DNA of 62,819 nt, filler included, from Sphacelaria rigidula (Eukaryota), in the NCBI GenBank assembly GCA_964200075.2. It is 11 parts of 11 records of this genome, joined end to end, with 100 filler letters (N's around TTAATTAATTAA, not from the genome) between each part and the next. Parts side by side here need not be neighbours in the genome. Positions count along the whole stretch, not along the records: positions 22,882 to 28,501 come from CAXNAA020025793.1; positions 28,602 to 34,221 come from CAXNAA020025794.1; positions 34,322 to 39,941 come from CAXNAA020025795.1; 8 more parts are not named here. One strand, given 5' to 3'. A model generated the notes under the pieces. It worked only from the letters and a program-made list of their open reading frames with translations, did not search any database and was not told the origin of the DNA. A program made the position numbers and the translations under genes. Shown one piece after another: positions 23,563 through 36,900 of the stretch (its first letter is position 1; each line of letters opens with the position of its first letter).

Positions 23563-26500
23563 GCGGAGACATTTTGGGTCCCTGCAGGCGCGCAAACGAC
23601 GACCACGCTCGAGAGCATGGTCAAAAACATTTTCGACTACCACGTGGCCAACTTTGCTGCTCGAAACCCCCATCATAGCTCCCGAGTTTCGACTAGCACT
23701 AGCAGTGGTACCAAAGAGCACATCATCGAAGATACAACACGATCAAGCGAAAGGACTGAAAACGGGGGCTCAGGGTTCGGATCTCGGCAAGGTGAAGTGC
23801 GCATGAGCTCCGTTGTTGACAGTGCTTGCTCCGGCGCGGAATGGTGGATACAGATACGGGAAGAAGGATACCATGCTGACCTGGGCATGCCGTTCCACTG
23901 GGACAAAGACGAGCAACTGAGAGACACGACGGGGGTGACGAAGTTCCCCGAGGTGTCCACCGTGACATACCTAACCGAGCATGGCGCCCCAACCCTGGTT
24001 CTTGAGGTACGCACTGGATCATGTGCTCTAGCGTTTGCCATCCTTCAATGCATGTACGTCCTTGGGGTGTTGCTGCCGCGCAAGCTACCTCCCACTACGG
24101 GGAAATTCATATATACATATATATATAGTATATTGGCATATCATATACACCGCCCTAGGCGTCCAGCCGCGAGCTACTGAATGTTGCCACAAGGCGCAAA
24201 GACTAATATAAGCATCAATGCTGTGACTCTTTTCGCTCCAACACCTACGCGCACGCTTTTGTTCCAACTCGCGGAATAGTCCCGTGCTACAGAGATGGGA
24301 GCTGTTGTCGAGGGACCGATACTCCGGGCGTTCGTGAGCTATCCATCCACCTTCAAGCACCTGGCTTTCGATGGTCGGTTCCTCCACGGAGTCCCGGAGA
24401 TCCTGTCCAGAAAGGGCCAGAGGGAGCACTCCATGGAGAGCCGCCCGAAAGACCGGTGGAACGCCGTGGAAAGATGCAAGGGCCGCGATTGGCACTCTGA
24501 GAACGGTGTGTCAGGAGCGGACAGCGACCGAAACACTACTGGCCCTACACCGGCGATTGATGCCACAACCGTCGGACAAACGGTAGGGTATGTTTGTGAT
24601 TTTTTTTCTTATATGATGGCGGGGGGGGGGGGCACAATCTTCATTCAATAGCCATACCTCACGGCGATTCTATACTCATAGCAAGCTACCTACAAGTAAC
24701 TGCACCCGAAATAGCACGGTCCTGTTTTGTTTACTAAGCATTCCTTTCCTTGGCCGTCCATTGGTTCTGCTCAATTATATTAGTACAAGAGTTTCGGCGG
24801 CTTCGCTGCCACGATTAGTGGATCGACAGCCAAGATACATGAGCACCGGTGATAGTTGTGCGCGTTGCGTAAAAGTGATGCTGGTTCCACTAATGGTCGC
24901 CCATCACAGGTGAACCTAGAAAACGGATTGCCATCGCAAAAACAAAAAACTCACAGCTCGAGTCGTATCTGCTCATCACCTGAGCTGTGCGTGACCTTGC
25001 ATTAATTTGATCAGAATTCAATGAGGAACGATGATTTTCGTAAGACGCGCACGGACCGGTAGTAATTTCGTGCGTTGCGTAGTGGCACAGTTCAGAATTG
25101 GAAGAAAACACCGTAGCTGCTCATCAGCTGAGCACCTTTTTTATCATTCTGGCACCAATCTCTTCAGAATTCCCATAAAAAGCCCTGACGCCATGCAGAA
25201 CACAGTGTTGAAGATAATTGTACTCCATACCCAAGGAGACGCAAAACGCATTCCTCATGTCCAGCGAAGGGGAAGCGAAGAGATATCAGCAATATCGTGT
25301 ACTCTTAAATGAAGCACAGACTCATACATCACAACACGCTCGAGGTGTTCGATGCAGAGCGATGTCATGATCGATGTCGTGTGTTCTGATTGTCAAATAG
25401 GTATGATGCCGATTCTATATTTCCAAGTGAAAACGATGCCGATTCCACCGTTAAGCGCCCAAGATGGATGGCGGTACCCCCGACGGTCGAAGAGTCCTCT
25501 GAGGCGTAGAGACAGGAAAGTCATGACAACGCAAGCCCTAATGCCATGTACGACACAGCCCTAAGGCCATGCAGGACACAGTACAGAAAACAACTGCAGT
25601 CTACACCCAAGCGAAAACAGAACGCACCTTAATGTCCAGCGAAGGGCAAGCAAAGAAGTATCAGCGAAACCGTGTAGTCTAAAATCAAGCACAGACGCAC
25701 ACATCAAAACACGCTCGAGGTGTTCGATGCCGAGCGGTATTATTATGATTGATGTCGTGTATTCTGATTGTCAAAACAAAACATAGTGCTGAAAGCAAAT
25801 GTAGTCTTCACCCAAGCAGGAATAGAACGCGCCCTGATATCCAGCGAAAGGCAAGCGAAGAGTGTATCAACGAAACCGTGTAGTCTAAAATCAAGTAAAG
25901 CAGAAGTGCTGGCTCCTCAGAGCTTCATACAACGATATGACCACGAAAACAATGTACTCTGAAATCAAGTGAAGAAATACAGCAAAAGTGCACTGTCTGG
26001 AGGAAATGATTATCAGAACAATTGTAACTGATACAATTTTTACATATCACGTATCCAATTGATTTAATTTCCTCGGAAACAAGCACGAAAGGACCGGACG
26101 CAAAACTCCATTCTAATCATATGTTTCCCGCATTGATCTTCTCATGAACCCTCGATTTTGCGTGCCGAACTTTTTATCATCTCTATGTGTCCACCATGGG
26201 ATACCTCCAGCCACAGCAAGAGCGAGGTCTAATGAGGGTGACTCTCCTCGTCAATGTTTGGCTGTGCCACAAGCCTCTGGGAATTGCACCCCTGCCGCAA
26301 GCAGTCGCCGCGACTCTTGGCCGAGGCGCGGGTCTTCCGGCACTCAACTTTGAACACCGCGTCGAGTTTTCTCCTGTGAAGTTGCCCATAAATGCGGAGA
26401 GTTGTGATAGTTGCGGTGATGATGGCGTTAGTGAAGGGGGTGCACTTGGGAGAAAATGTGTCTTTATCAAGACGCCCTTGAGCACGACAACATGTCTTGA

Positions 26501-26843
26501 AATGTATCTTCCGAGGAGCGAGATATTGTCCGCACAAGAGCGGAGGGGTCTGCACGCATTCGTTTTGCGGTCAGAGAGCGGCTTCCGCGCTCGTCTTACG
26601 GATTTTGTGGCAGGTGCTAGTGGTACCGGCGAACGTCAAAGGGAGGTCCTCAGCAATCTTTCAGGTTGCGAAAGGGGGGGGTTGGGTAGTAGGGACCCCA
26701 GGCGTGAAGGCGGGGAAGAAGCAGATTTGGTTCCGAAGGGACAGCGCGAAGACGCACCGGTAAGGTTGCGCTCTAGTGGCGTTAGACCTGACGGTGGAGG
26801 TATTGGAAAGTATGACACGGCGAAACGAAAACGGGAGCCATGA
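23563..26843 (+). CDS. 2OG-Fe(II) dioxygenase-superfamily protein, 3' exons 23563-24006, 24280-24582, 26211(or 26217)-26843
   Basis: Phase-0 AG/GT exons. HxD in GAEWWIQ..FHWDKDE, then VSTVTYL..GAPT, distal His in FDGRFLHGV, and 2OG-binding Arg in RVTLLVNVW. Confidence 0.85.
25222..25900. repeat. Intronic degenerate direct repeat, two ~175-bp copies plus a partial third
   Basis: tccagcgaa(g/a)gg..aagc.aag recurs at ~25260, ~25635 and ~25840. The first two copies also share acacgctcgaggtgttcgatgc. Confidence 0.8.
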
Positions 26844-28410
26844 AATATATCTAGGACCTGAGCCCACCGAGAAATATGAAGAAGTTCTCGAAGAATGCCG
26901 AGGACGCCATGTCATACAAACGAGCCCCCTTTAGTCCTACAAGTACAACCACACAGGCGGTCTCAGTACGCTTTGATTGGTCATGAACTCTTCGACACCA
27001 AAATTCCATCAGTGAGCGGCTGTTGGGAATAGCCTGATACGAAAAAATCAGGACAGCAACAGTATTACTTGGTCGTCTTGGTCGTCCTGACCGTGGTCTG
27101 CGAAGTGCTGCTTTTTACTGTTAACTCCTCGCTGTTCAGCATTTTCCCCTAATCAAAAATGGGGCATACGTTCCAATTCCAATTTCACAGGTGAATTTGG
27201 TTTCTGCCGCGGGTAAACGTTCGACTGGCCGTTTTTTTTGCGACTTGATTTTTGCGGCATTTGTTTGGCTGGATTTTTCCACTCTAAAACCTATTGATTC
27301 CGGTTTGGGAGGGGAAACTTTGTCAAGGTGTTCCTGGACACACAGCAGTTGCTGCTGCCTACCTAGTATCATCCTCCAAATTCAAGTCTTGAGCGAGGAT
27401 GCCCAGCGTTTGGTGCTCATGTACAAGGATGATCTAAATCTATTATCATGCTCCAAAACGTGCCCGACAAGGGGGCAACATCCCCGTACAGACAGTAGCA
27501 ATGCTAGCGGATCTTCCGTCCTGACAGTCTGGCAGCCGGCAACGTGGGTATGGTAGTGTCCTTCTAGCGATATCACCTTACATTGCACTAGAGCAGAGTT
27601 TGCAGGTGAAGTTTTTGACGAATGCCTCAACTGCAGTACGCCCAGATGTTGCGGATTTTTTTCACGATCTTACTGAGTAACATTACATACGTTTACATGC
27701 GGTAATGTACCAGACCCTCCGTTACACTATATGTGAAGATGTACCAGACCCTGCATTATATATGGAAATGTAACCAACCGTGGACAAAAATTAAAGATTT
27801 TTACAGTCAGTAAGAACACGATGTTAAAAGTGTACTGCGCACAGTCAGTGTATTGAGTGTGTCATCGTCCCATCTATTTTGGACGTCGTCTCCACCTTTC
27901 GGTATATGTGGGCGCGCCAGCCGCGGCTGTGTTACTGGATAGCTTCGCTCAAGATACAGGCAGCCATTACAGCGGCGGAGGCGGCCTCTCACTCCTGCGT
28001 GCGCCACCTGGGGCAAACGCACGCTGTAGCTGCAACGCGGACAGCTGCCCGAAATGTGACGCAGCGATATAGCGCGTAGCAAAGGGTGATACCCTGCGTA
28101 CACGTTGGCCGCAGATACAAGCAGCTGCGTTAATGATGTGGCGAATTGCATAGGACAGCGCGAAATCAATGCAGGGCAGAGATAGGCCAAGGATGTGACG
28201 TCCTGCGGTGTACCTTGTCACCCTGCACCCTGCCGCTGTGCATTGAGCAGGTAGTACCGCCGAGGGGGTCACGCTGCGGTTGATACGCAGTGTCGTACAG
28301 CAGCAACCAGTATATCTTTTGTACCGTACGTGTACATAAATCTGTGCTCTGAAGACCGATGCACGCGCACACAGCAACTACTATCGCTATTGTCCATCGA
28401 TCAGAAGGGT

Positions 28411-28443
<33 letters not shown>

Positions 28444-28628
28444 AAAAGGGAACCCGGGGGCCCCCCCCCCCCCCCCCCCGCCCCCGAAAGAGACTCAGGG
28501 GNNNNNNNNNNNNNNNNNNNNNNNNNNNNNNNNNNNNNNNNNNNNTTAATTAATTAANNNNNNNNNNNNNNNNNNNNNNNNNNNNNNNNNNNNNNNNNNN
28601 NTATTCTGACCCTGTCACTGAACGGCTC

Positions 28629-28890
28629 ATTGTACGGCCAATACTTGGAGTTGGACCCTGAAATTTGGTATGGACAATGAGTAGGGCATAATAAAACAAA
28701 ACACTGGCGTACACAAGTTTTTTTTTTTTTCCATGAGTTAAGGGCAATAATCGGTTTTCAGATACCGATAAAATGCGCCCAACTCATGAACAAAAAAAAC
28801 CCTTGTGTAAGCCAGTATTTCTTTTTGTTATGCACTACTCATTGTCTATACCAAATTTCAGGATCCAACTTCAAGTATTGGCCGTATAAT
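28629..28890. repeat. Long imperfect inverted repeat (~110-bp arms, ~40-bp loop)
   Basis: 28629-28739 is the reverse complement of 28781-28890 (tacggccaatacttg..ccctgaaatttggtat / ataccaaatttcagg..caagtattggccgta). Confidence 0.85.
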
Positions 28891-30812
28891 GGACCTGCAA
28901 ACTGCACAATCGCTTCTCGGCTGGCCCAGCTTGTAGAGTACGGGACGCAACTGGTTTGCCTACATCATTGATCCATTGGGTCATCTAAACCGCCTGCAGG
29001 CCCTCTACTTGTGCATCAGGGTTGCTGTCGCCGTGTGTGGTCTGGTGTGTTGTCAACAAATACACGGTGGCATGCGTCATGTCCACAGGGTTCATGCACG
29101 TCACGCGAGTTGACGCGCCCAGAGGTTACATGTATGTACCTCATCAGTTGGTGCTCCACACGTTCCAGTTTAGGTCGTTTTGCGTCGAGGCAACTTTTCA
29201 TGTGTGGGTGTGGTGCATTGCGTGTTGTTGCCGCATGCTTGATGGAATACGTGACAGTAGCATTGACGTGTGCGTGCACTAATCATGCGATGTGATGCAA
29301 AAGAAAGAGGGTAACCGTGACAATAAAAAAAACGCGGTCTTGAGAGCTCCTCGGGCGATCTGTCTCTTTTTTTTTTTGCGTGGTCGTTTCGTGTCGACAG
29401 TGCCGATGTCCCGTGGCTGGACCGTCGGTACGCCCAGGTGTCGAAGGAAGAACTTCCCTTGGCGGAATCTCTCAAGGTAAGAGAAAATTCCAAGAATTTG
29501 AGTCTTGCGAGCAATTGCGAACGGCTCCACAAACAGTGTAGGTGGTGGTGGGTCAAACCTTCAACGTTCACGATTGACGTATTCCGAGCAGTCGCGAGTG
29601 AAGGCGTCCAAAACGACACGCCGACCGACCCGCAACATCGGGGATGCAAGATAACCCGTCCGCACCTTCGGCCCAGGCCATGAGGAAAGGGGTGTACTCG
29701 TGATCTTGCATGCCGTAGTTATGAGATCGTTGATGTCGCATCCTTACGAGGCCGGGACGGAGCACCCCCGGTTTTCACAGGATCAGGCCCGCGATTAATC
29801 ATTGAGTGATCAATCACGAAGCGCGAATCGCCGGCATGTGTTGAGTGGGTCGCATAAGGGGTGAGTTGCATCCTGCCAAGATTGTTTGGCCGGAAGCGTA
29901 CTGATGATCTTTAATGTGGATTAACCTTCAATGACTCACTTCATATTCTCGTATCTTCACTTCCAGAGACAGCCACGGGTTACATTGCCTCATGAGTGTT
30001 TCCACCATTTGGACACTGTATAGAAGGGCCATCCCCTTTGCACGGGGGTAAAATTCGTGCACCCCTCGCACGAAGATATCGCTCGACCACCATCATGGTT
30101 TCCACAAAAGAAGAAAACGCGCGCAAGAAGAAACAAACGGTAACTTGCTTGCATAGCTTACGCAGTGAGTAACGTGTTGTACAGCGTCGTTACCAACTGT
30201 GCGCGCGCCCCGTGTGTGTAGTTACATCCCTTCTCTTCCTCGGGACAAGTCCGTGGTTTTTAGGAGAAACGCCATCTCTCCTCCTGTACACTCTCTTGTA
30301 TCTTGATCTCGCGGATTGGATCATGACCATCAGCACTCCCGCATTGACTCTCGTCAAACAAACTCGGTCAAAAACTCTGCATATGTGTTTAGCCATGTCC
30401 TCACACTTTCAACAACGGAGTGTATCCTACATGAATATCTTTGTGTGTGCATGTTCGTTGGTTATCTCGTCGTCGGCACTCTCTGCACGGCATGACAAAA
30501 GGTGGTATGATTTTGACGTTCTCGTTTTAGAGTATGGCACACCCTGGACAATGTATTATGTACGTCCGTCAAAAAAAAGTATCCTGCGTACGGTATGGAC
30601 CATTGTGTCTGTTGCAATTTGGCATTAGATTCCATACTGTATGCGGTACACTTTTTGACATTGCATTCTACTGTCCAGGGTATGCAGTATTGTACGAGTG
30701 ACGGCACAGTACAGGTTGTCGGAATGCTCGTGGCAGCGGTGCTATTGGCGTTATTTTAGCCGTGAGCGAAACCAGTGACGACTACTTTTTTTTCATTTGC
30801 ATGTGTATCCAG

Positions 30813-32242
30813 TTGACCAAGGACCGATTCCTGGTGGAGTGGGAGGAGTCCATCTTGCCGGACATCACGTCGGGAAAGCGTGTGCTTATCGCCGCGCACG
30901 GTAACACCATCCGAGGGCTGTGCCAGCACTTGGACAATATCCCGGATGACGTCATCACTGGCCTCGACATCCCCACGGGTAAGCAAAACAGGCCTTGATG
31001 ATGCGAAGGAAGTTTTCGAGTTAGGGAAAAGGGCTCGTGACTCTTGGATGGTGTGGTTTGTACTGCACTTTTCGTTTTTGTGAACTAAAAGGTCATGACT
31101 CAGGAGTCGTCTTTGGACAGATATTCCACGGTACCCCCCGTACAGCACTGAAAGAGCTGACGGCTGTGGTGCCTCGAGTAGCCCAAAACTCAAGACCTGG
31201 GCATGCTCTGTTCAGGCGGCGATGCGCGTCGTATTATCACGTGGTTTATCTTTGATAAACCGACGGTATGTTGTTGTTGTTGTCTTCACATCAAAAAACC
31301 GTTCCGATATCTGCGCGGTACACTTGCACTGGGCATTTGATGCGGACGTCCTCCGTGGTCACAGGCTAGCAAAAAAAAAAAAAGACCCAGATTGAAAATA
31401 AACTCACAAAATGCGATACAAGCTAAACAGGAATAAATAATGAAGAAGAAAGGGAGTAGATATGGCTAACCTCGGAAGATCCGGTGCCTCAAGTGGCCAT
31501 TCGGACTTCAGGGGGTGGCACTCGGTTTTTTCAACTCGACGCGCGACAAGTAGAAATGAACACAGGGTCCGACTACGGGCGAGGCTCAAGGCTCCAAATA
31601 CCGCCAACCAAATAACTAAAGAACTAAGAATCGCAGCGTTCCATCTCGCGGCCTCTCGAGGGACAGCCGTACGTAAAAGCATACCAGGTGTATGAAGGCA
31701 AGAACTACATGACATAACGATATGTGGGGGAAAAAAACTGAAGGAGTACAACGAGGTTACAGTGTCGCAAATGCGAAGGTTCGTCGAAGCATTTCGACCT
31801 GTCATGCCATTTGCGATGGCGTTGCTCCCGTTCGAGGAAACGGTGCAGAGAATTCCGATATCTCTGTTTTACTGTTTTTGTCGTTCCTCGTGCAAACATG
31901 ACCAGCTGTCACTTACTTTTTTTTCTACTGATGTCTCTAACGGCTCACTGTGTGAGAAACAGAAAAGTTCAGGGTTTCATGGACGAGGCATCGATTACCC
32001 AAAGATGCTTCCTCTGTACGGCTATGGTGCGCTTGCTGATTCACCTCTCTCTCCTTGTCGATCCCACATGCACCGTAAAAACAGGTGTGCCGCTCATATA
32101 CGAACTGGACAAGAAGACTTTGAAGCCCATCAAGCACCCCGAGTCGATCGACCCCCTTTCGGCTCGTTACCTGGGCGATGTTGCCGATCTCCGCGCGAGG
32201 ATCGAGAAGGTCAAGAACCAGACCGCGGCTGGTGCCCACTAG
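30813..32242 (+). CDS. gpmA: 2,3-bisphosphoglycerate-dependent phosphoglycerate mutase (dPGM, histidine phosphatase family), last two exons 30813-30978 and 32085-32242
   Basis: A phase-1 splice gives ...GKRVLIAAHGNTIRGLCQHLDNIPDDVITGLDIPTG|VPLIYELDKKTLKP...YLGD...IEKVKNQ, the classic dPGM C-terminal half. Confidence 0.95.
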
Positions 32243-33397
32243 ATTCTCCCGTTTTCTCCCGACTCGCCGAAGCTCACATAGATGCGGCCCAGTGGTGCTT
32301 GGCAACGCAGACTTTCGAAATACGTTCCATGTGCGCATCTCAATTTTTTCTCGGACGTTTGGATTTTATGGGCTTTGCAGGCTTGTACTAGAATCATTCT
32401 CGTTTGATCTTCGCTCTGAGTGTGGTAGTCACGTATGGCAGTCGCGGGACTAGCAACGCAAAGGCCTTTTTCCGTAGTGATGAAATTACATATTGATTGC
32501 TGGTTGGGGTGGTGTAGAGGAGCGTGAAAACCATCACTGCAGAATTTTGATGAAGGGTTGTCCAGTTGATTGCTACTAGCAGTAGTATTGACTTGGCGCA
32601 ATGCAGACTTCGTGGTAGTCATGTATATCTTTTTGATTCGGGCACCGAGCCGGCGCCCTTCTTTGAGGGATACCATTTTCAGCGATTTACAGGGTCGTCG
32701 TGTTGATCATGCGGAAATGCATTAAGTTTCCTCCTTCCCTCGGTCACCTCGTGGTGATTCACCATGGGGTACAGGAACGTATGGTTGAATGTGCACAGGA
32801 TATGTTTGGCCGGATTACCACCATGAAAAGTGCAGTGTTTGTCCCCGTCGCAACGCCAGGGTACTTCCTTGATGGCTGGGTTCCTCCGTTGAGCGTGCCA
32901 GTCTGGGCAAGCGAGGGAACTCACTAAAGGATGACATTTCGGAAGAGTCACGATCAGTGCTGTCTTATGCTCTATCCAAAAACTATCTTTTGTGGGGGTG
33001 GCCGTTTTTAGATTTATTTCACGTGTTTTCGAGTCCTTGCCTCCCGGGAAGGTCTGGCTCGTTATCGCTGCGGTGCGTTTTGTCAATAGAGATGCATAAT
33101 GCTGTACGCTCGCATTTTCGGGACGTGGCAAGCCAACATTTGTTTACGGTCTCAGTGGCTCTTCTGTTTTTCTGAGCCAAGAAGCGGAGGGTGGTTCGTC
33201 GAATTTCTGCTGCATGAATTTTATGGGTGACCTGTGCTATAGAAGATCGCACGCCGAAGCAGTGAACACGTGTGCATCAGCTCTCGCGAATATTTGTCGG
33301 TACAGGGTACGGGTGATGGATGACATGACTTGGTCACGATTGACGGGAGGAGCCGTGACGTCTCACGGTGGTCACACGACGGAGACTGGATAATTCC

Positions 33398-34140
33398 AAT
33401 TTCCCAATTGGTTTTTGTCCCAGGCTATTCCAGATTGGGCATCAGATTCCCGTGACGAAGAACACTCTCGTTTTTTCGGAATACTTTTCAAAACACAGGC
33501 AGAACTTCTCGAAAAACTGCTCAAAGCATGACCCCAATATATGGCGTACAGGGTACTACACTGAGCACAAGATAAACATGCAGTGGTATGTGGAGTACAG
33601 AGTATTGCGCTTTACACAAGACGAGATATTCTGCAGTGTTTTTTAGTTTTGAAACCTGAAGACGGACTGTATACAGTATGCATCAGTTTCTCTGTCCAGC
33701 TGCTACTGTACTACTACAACACAGCAGTAGTTTTTTCAGAATGTGCAGTCAAATGAACAAGGCGCTTCCCACTCCCATCATTTCTATGCTGTAGTTGTCG
33801 CTGTGCTGTTGTGCAGTTGAACACTGAGGTGATGCGCTGGAGAGTGCCTGAACAGTTGCAGTGCTGCATGCGTTGTTCCAGTAAGCACAGAAGTGGCGTG
33901 AGCGCCTATTTTAATTTTCAAATTGGTTGGTGTCTCAGGCGACTCCAGATTCGGCATTGGATATCTGTGACAGAAAACGACCTCGTTTTTTCCGGAATAC
34001 TATTTCAAGAAGCGAGCAGAACTTTTTTGAAAAACTGCTTGAACCATGACGCCATTATATGGAGTACAGGGTAGTACACTCAAAACAAAATACTTTTGCA
34101 GTGGTGTATGGAGTATAGACTACTAAAGCCAACACAAAAC
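33398..34140. repeat. Degenerate ~220-bp direct repeat (33398-33620 and 33913-34140)
   Basis: Shared aattggtt..tccagatt.ggcat..ctcgttttttc.ggaatact..gcagaactt..gaaaaactgct..tacagggta.tacact. Confidence 0.8.
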
Positions 34141-34542
34141 AACAGCAAACAACAAATTGTGAGAATTGAGGTTTAACTTCGAGATGAGGCTCAAGCCTAA
34201 AACAGTGCTTTCCCCACACTTNNNNNNNNNNNNNNNNNNNNNNNNNNNNNNNNNNNNNNNNNNNNTTAATTAATTAANNNNNNNNNNNNNNNNNNNNNNN
34301 NNNNNNNNNNNNNNNNNNNNNGTCGCCAATATGAGGCGCTTCATGCAGCCTGAACCCAACCATCAGGCGCTGTATGGCCATTGTTTTCGTGACACTTTTG
34401 GGCTGGTTTTGGGGGGGGCTATCGTAGAAAGTGTCAGGTCCAGATATTTGTCACCGAGAGGCTTCCACAACAAGGGGCCAGCCTCAGAAAAAAAGTGCAC
34501 CCGTGCCGTGGCATTCCTTGTTTCTGTAACATTTTGTGGTGG

Positions 34543-34884
34543 TGTGCCATCACATTATTATTATTTTATTTGTCACACACTGTGAACCCCTCTCCTTCCT
34601 CGGGACGAGTCCGTGGTCTCAAGCGATCAACCCATCTCTCCCCGGTACACGCCTTGTATTTTGGTCTCGCTCATGGGGTCAGCACTCCCGCACTATTGCG
34701 TCAACTCACGTCAAACAAACTCAGTCGTTGACTGCTTTGTTTACTCACGTTCTCTCACGCTTTCCACGGCGGAAATAACATACTCGTACTACGAAGATAA
34801 CACCCGACACAGCGGGAATCAAACCCTCGTTCTCTCCCTCCTAATGGTGACAGTCGGACCATTCTACCATCGAGGCACGGCGGC
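34543..34884 (-). mobile_element. Second tRNA-derived SINE family; truncated relatives at ~30212-30380 and ~41150-41290
   Basis: Minus-strand head with A-box-like gatggtagaatgg and B-box-like ggtttgattccc. The body (cctcgggac.agtccgtgg, cagcactcccgca) is shared with the other copies. Confidence 0.6.
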
Positions 34885-34988
34885 ATACATTCTCCATAAG
34901 TCAGTCGCTTTCCGGATGAGATAAAGGACTCCCAAGCATTCAAACATGATAACATTTCTTGCGCTTGCCTATCGTGGCACCAGTTACA

Positions 34989-35369
34989 CACACGCGGTCA
35001 TTCGGCTACCCCCAGAAATGCCCTGTTCCGGTCGATTTTTCGAGCCTCCAGAGGAATTAAACGCCTCCAGAGGGCGCGTGGCCCCTCCAGAGGGGTGGGA
35101 TCATAGGCCTCCAAAGGCTTGTTTTGCCTCTGGAGGGCCGCACATCCCTCCGGAGGAATTTGAAGGTTGCGCGGCCCTCCAAATCACCATATTTTTGTTG
35201 CTCGCGAGGAATTCAGACCTCAGAAGCCACTGGAGCATCATATGCCCTCCAGAGGATTCGTTGATGACCGCACCTGGGGATGAAATATCCTCTAGAGCGT
35301 ATATTACCCTCGAGAGGATTAAAACCGCGATAGAGGATTTTTATGGGGGTAGCCGAATCGCTGCGTGTG
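34989..35369. mobile_element. MITE family B: CAC..GTG termini, 2-bp TSD, many CCTCCAGAGG/CCTCTGGAGG subterminal motifs (CMC/EnSpm-like); copies 36122-36546, ~48735-48845, ~50338-50670, ~5800-5905
   Basis: TIRs cacacgcggtcattcggctaccccc / gggggtagccgaatcgctgcgtgtg. TSD ca/ca here and ga/ga for 36122-36546. Confidence 0.85.
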
Positions 35370-35729
35370 CATGTAGATTTTGCCTCAGTCCTCATTGCAC
35401 TTTTCTGGGGGAAGGCTACCGCGGCATCGCCCGTCGTGACGTTCAAGAACCTTAATTTCCTAGCCTCATCTGCATATATATATATATATATTTATGATAC
35501 AGATTGTTCATTGGTGATTGATTGGTTTATATTTCGATTTGATTGCTTGGATGTCGCGGATTGATACCATACGTATCTAACTTGTGATAATTGAGGGTAG
35601 CTGAATACCGTACCCTGTACCGTTTTCTTTTTCTTCATTTAAACATAATAAGATGAATGCCGCGATAGCCCGCCTTCCCCCGAACAAGCCCCAAAACTGT
35701 CACGAAGAAAGTGGTCATATAGAGCTCAC

Positions 35730-36900
35730 AACAACAGATTATCCTGATAAATGGGGTTGAACATGAAAATGAGGTTCAGCCCCATCACAGTTCTTTCTCT
35801 GACCTAAAGTCATGGCATATGACTTTCATGTGGACGATCTCATGCCTCCCGACCTCCTTGAAACTATTTTGGGGGATTTCACGTCAATGTTTTCGTGAGA
35901 TTGAGAGTAGTAGAGGATTTGATTGAAAGTGAAAAGCGGTCAATGAGTGAATGAATCGTTTCAGTTCCGAAATGCCCCTCCACAAGGCCCGATATGCTTG
36001 CTGTAGTAGCTTTGCCACTGAGGCCCTTGGTATCTCTGAGTAGGATATCGACGTGAAGTTGCGAGCACACGCCACTGATGATGGAGGGGAAAAAAAGCAC
36101 ACGCGGAAAAAAAATCGACGACATACGCGACCATCCGGCTACCCCCGAAAACATCCTCTATGGCGATTTTTATCCTCTCGAGGGTGAAGTGACCCTCCGG
36201 AGGATAAAAATACCCTGTAGAGGGCATTTCATACTCAGTTCCGTTCATAAAACGAATCCTCTGGAGGGCATCTGATGCTCCAGTGACTTCTGAGGTCTGA
36301 ATCCCTCGAGAGTAACCAAAAATATGATGCTCTGGAGGGCTGAGCATCCTTCAAGTTCCTCCAGAGGGTGCGCGGCCCTCCAGAGGCAAAACAAGCCTCT
36401 GGGGGCATTCGATCCCACCCCTCTGGAGCGTTTGATACCACCCCTTTGAAGGGTCGCGCATCCTCTAGAGGCGTTTAATTCCTCTGGAGGCTCGAAAATT
36501 TGACCGGAACAGAGTATTTTGGGGGGTAGCCGAATGGCCGCGTGTGGAAGTTAAAGCAAATGATCAAAGTCACTCTCAATCAGCGCTCTACCCTCAATCT
36601 CACGAAAACGTCGTTGTTATCCGTTTCCCTAATAGCTATTTACGAAAGCACCTTGTTGCCTCGATTTCGGGGCTTGGAAGAAGGGACGCTCTTCGGACCG
36701 AAAATGGTGACTTCGCGAATACCCTCATTTTGGGAAACGGAAGACGGGAAACCCCCCAAAATAGTTTCGGGGAGGTCGGGGGGCATGAGGTCGTTCATAC
36801 AAAAGCCATAATATGTTATGACTTCAGGTCAGGGAACGCACTGTTCAGGAGTTGAACCTCACTTTGATGTTCAGCCCCATTTCTCAGCATTCTCTGCGAG
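35730..36900. mobile_element. Long-TIR (~150 bp) element hosting nested MITE A and MITE B
   Basis: 35730-35880 is the approximate reverse complement of 36749-36900. The left end begins aacaacagatt, like family D. Confidence 0.7.

Noticed and set aside
29016..29560. Possible pogo/Tigger-like HTH remnant (KRPKLERVEHQLMRYI)
   Set aside because: It is too short and fragmented to support, and no catalytic region is visible.
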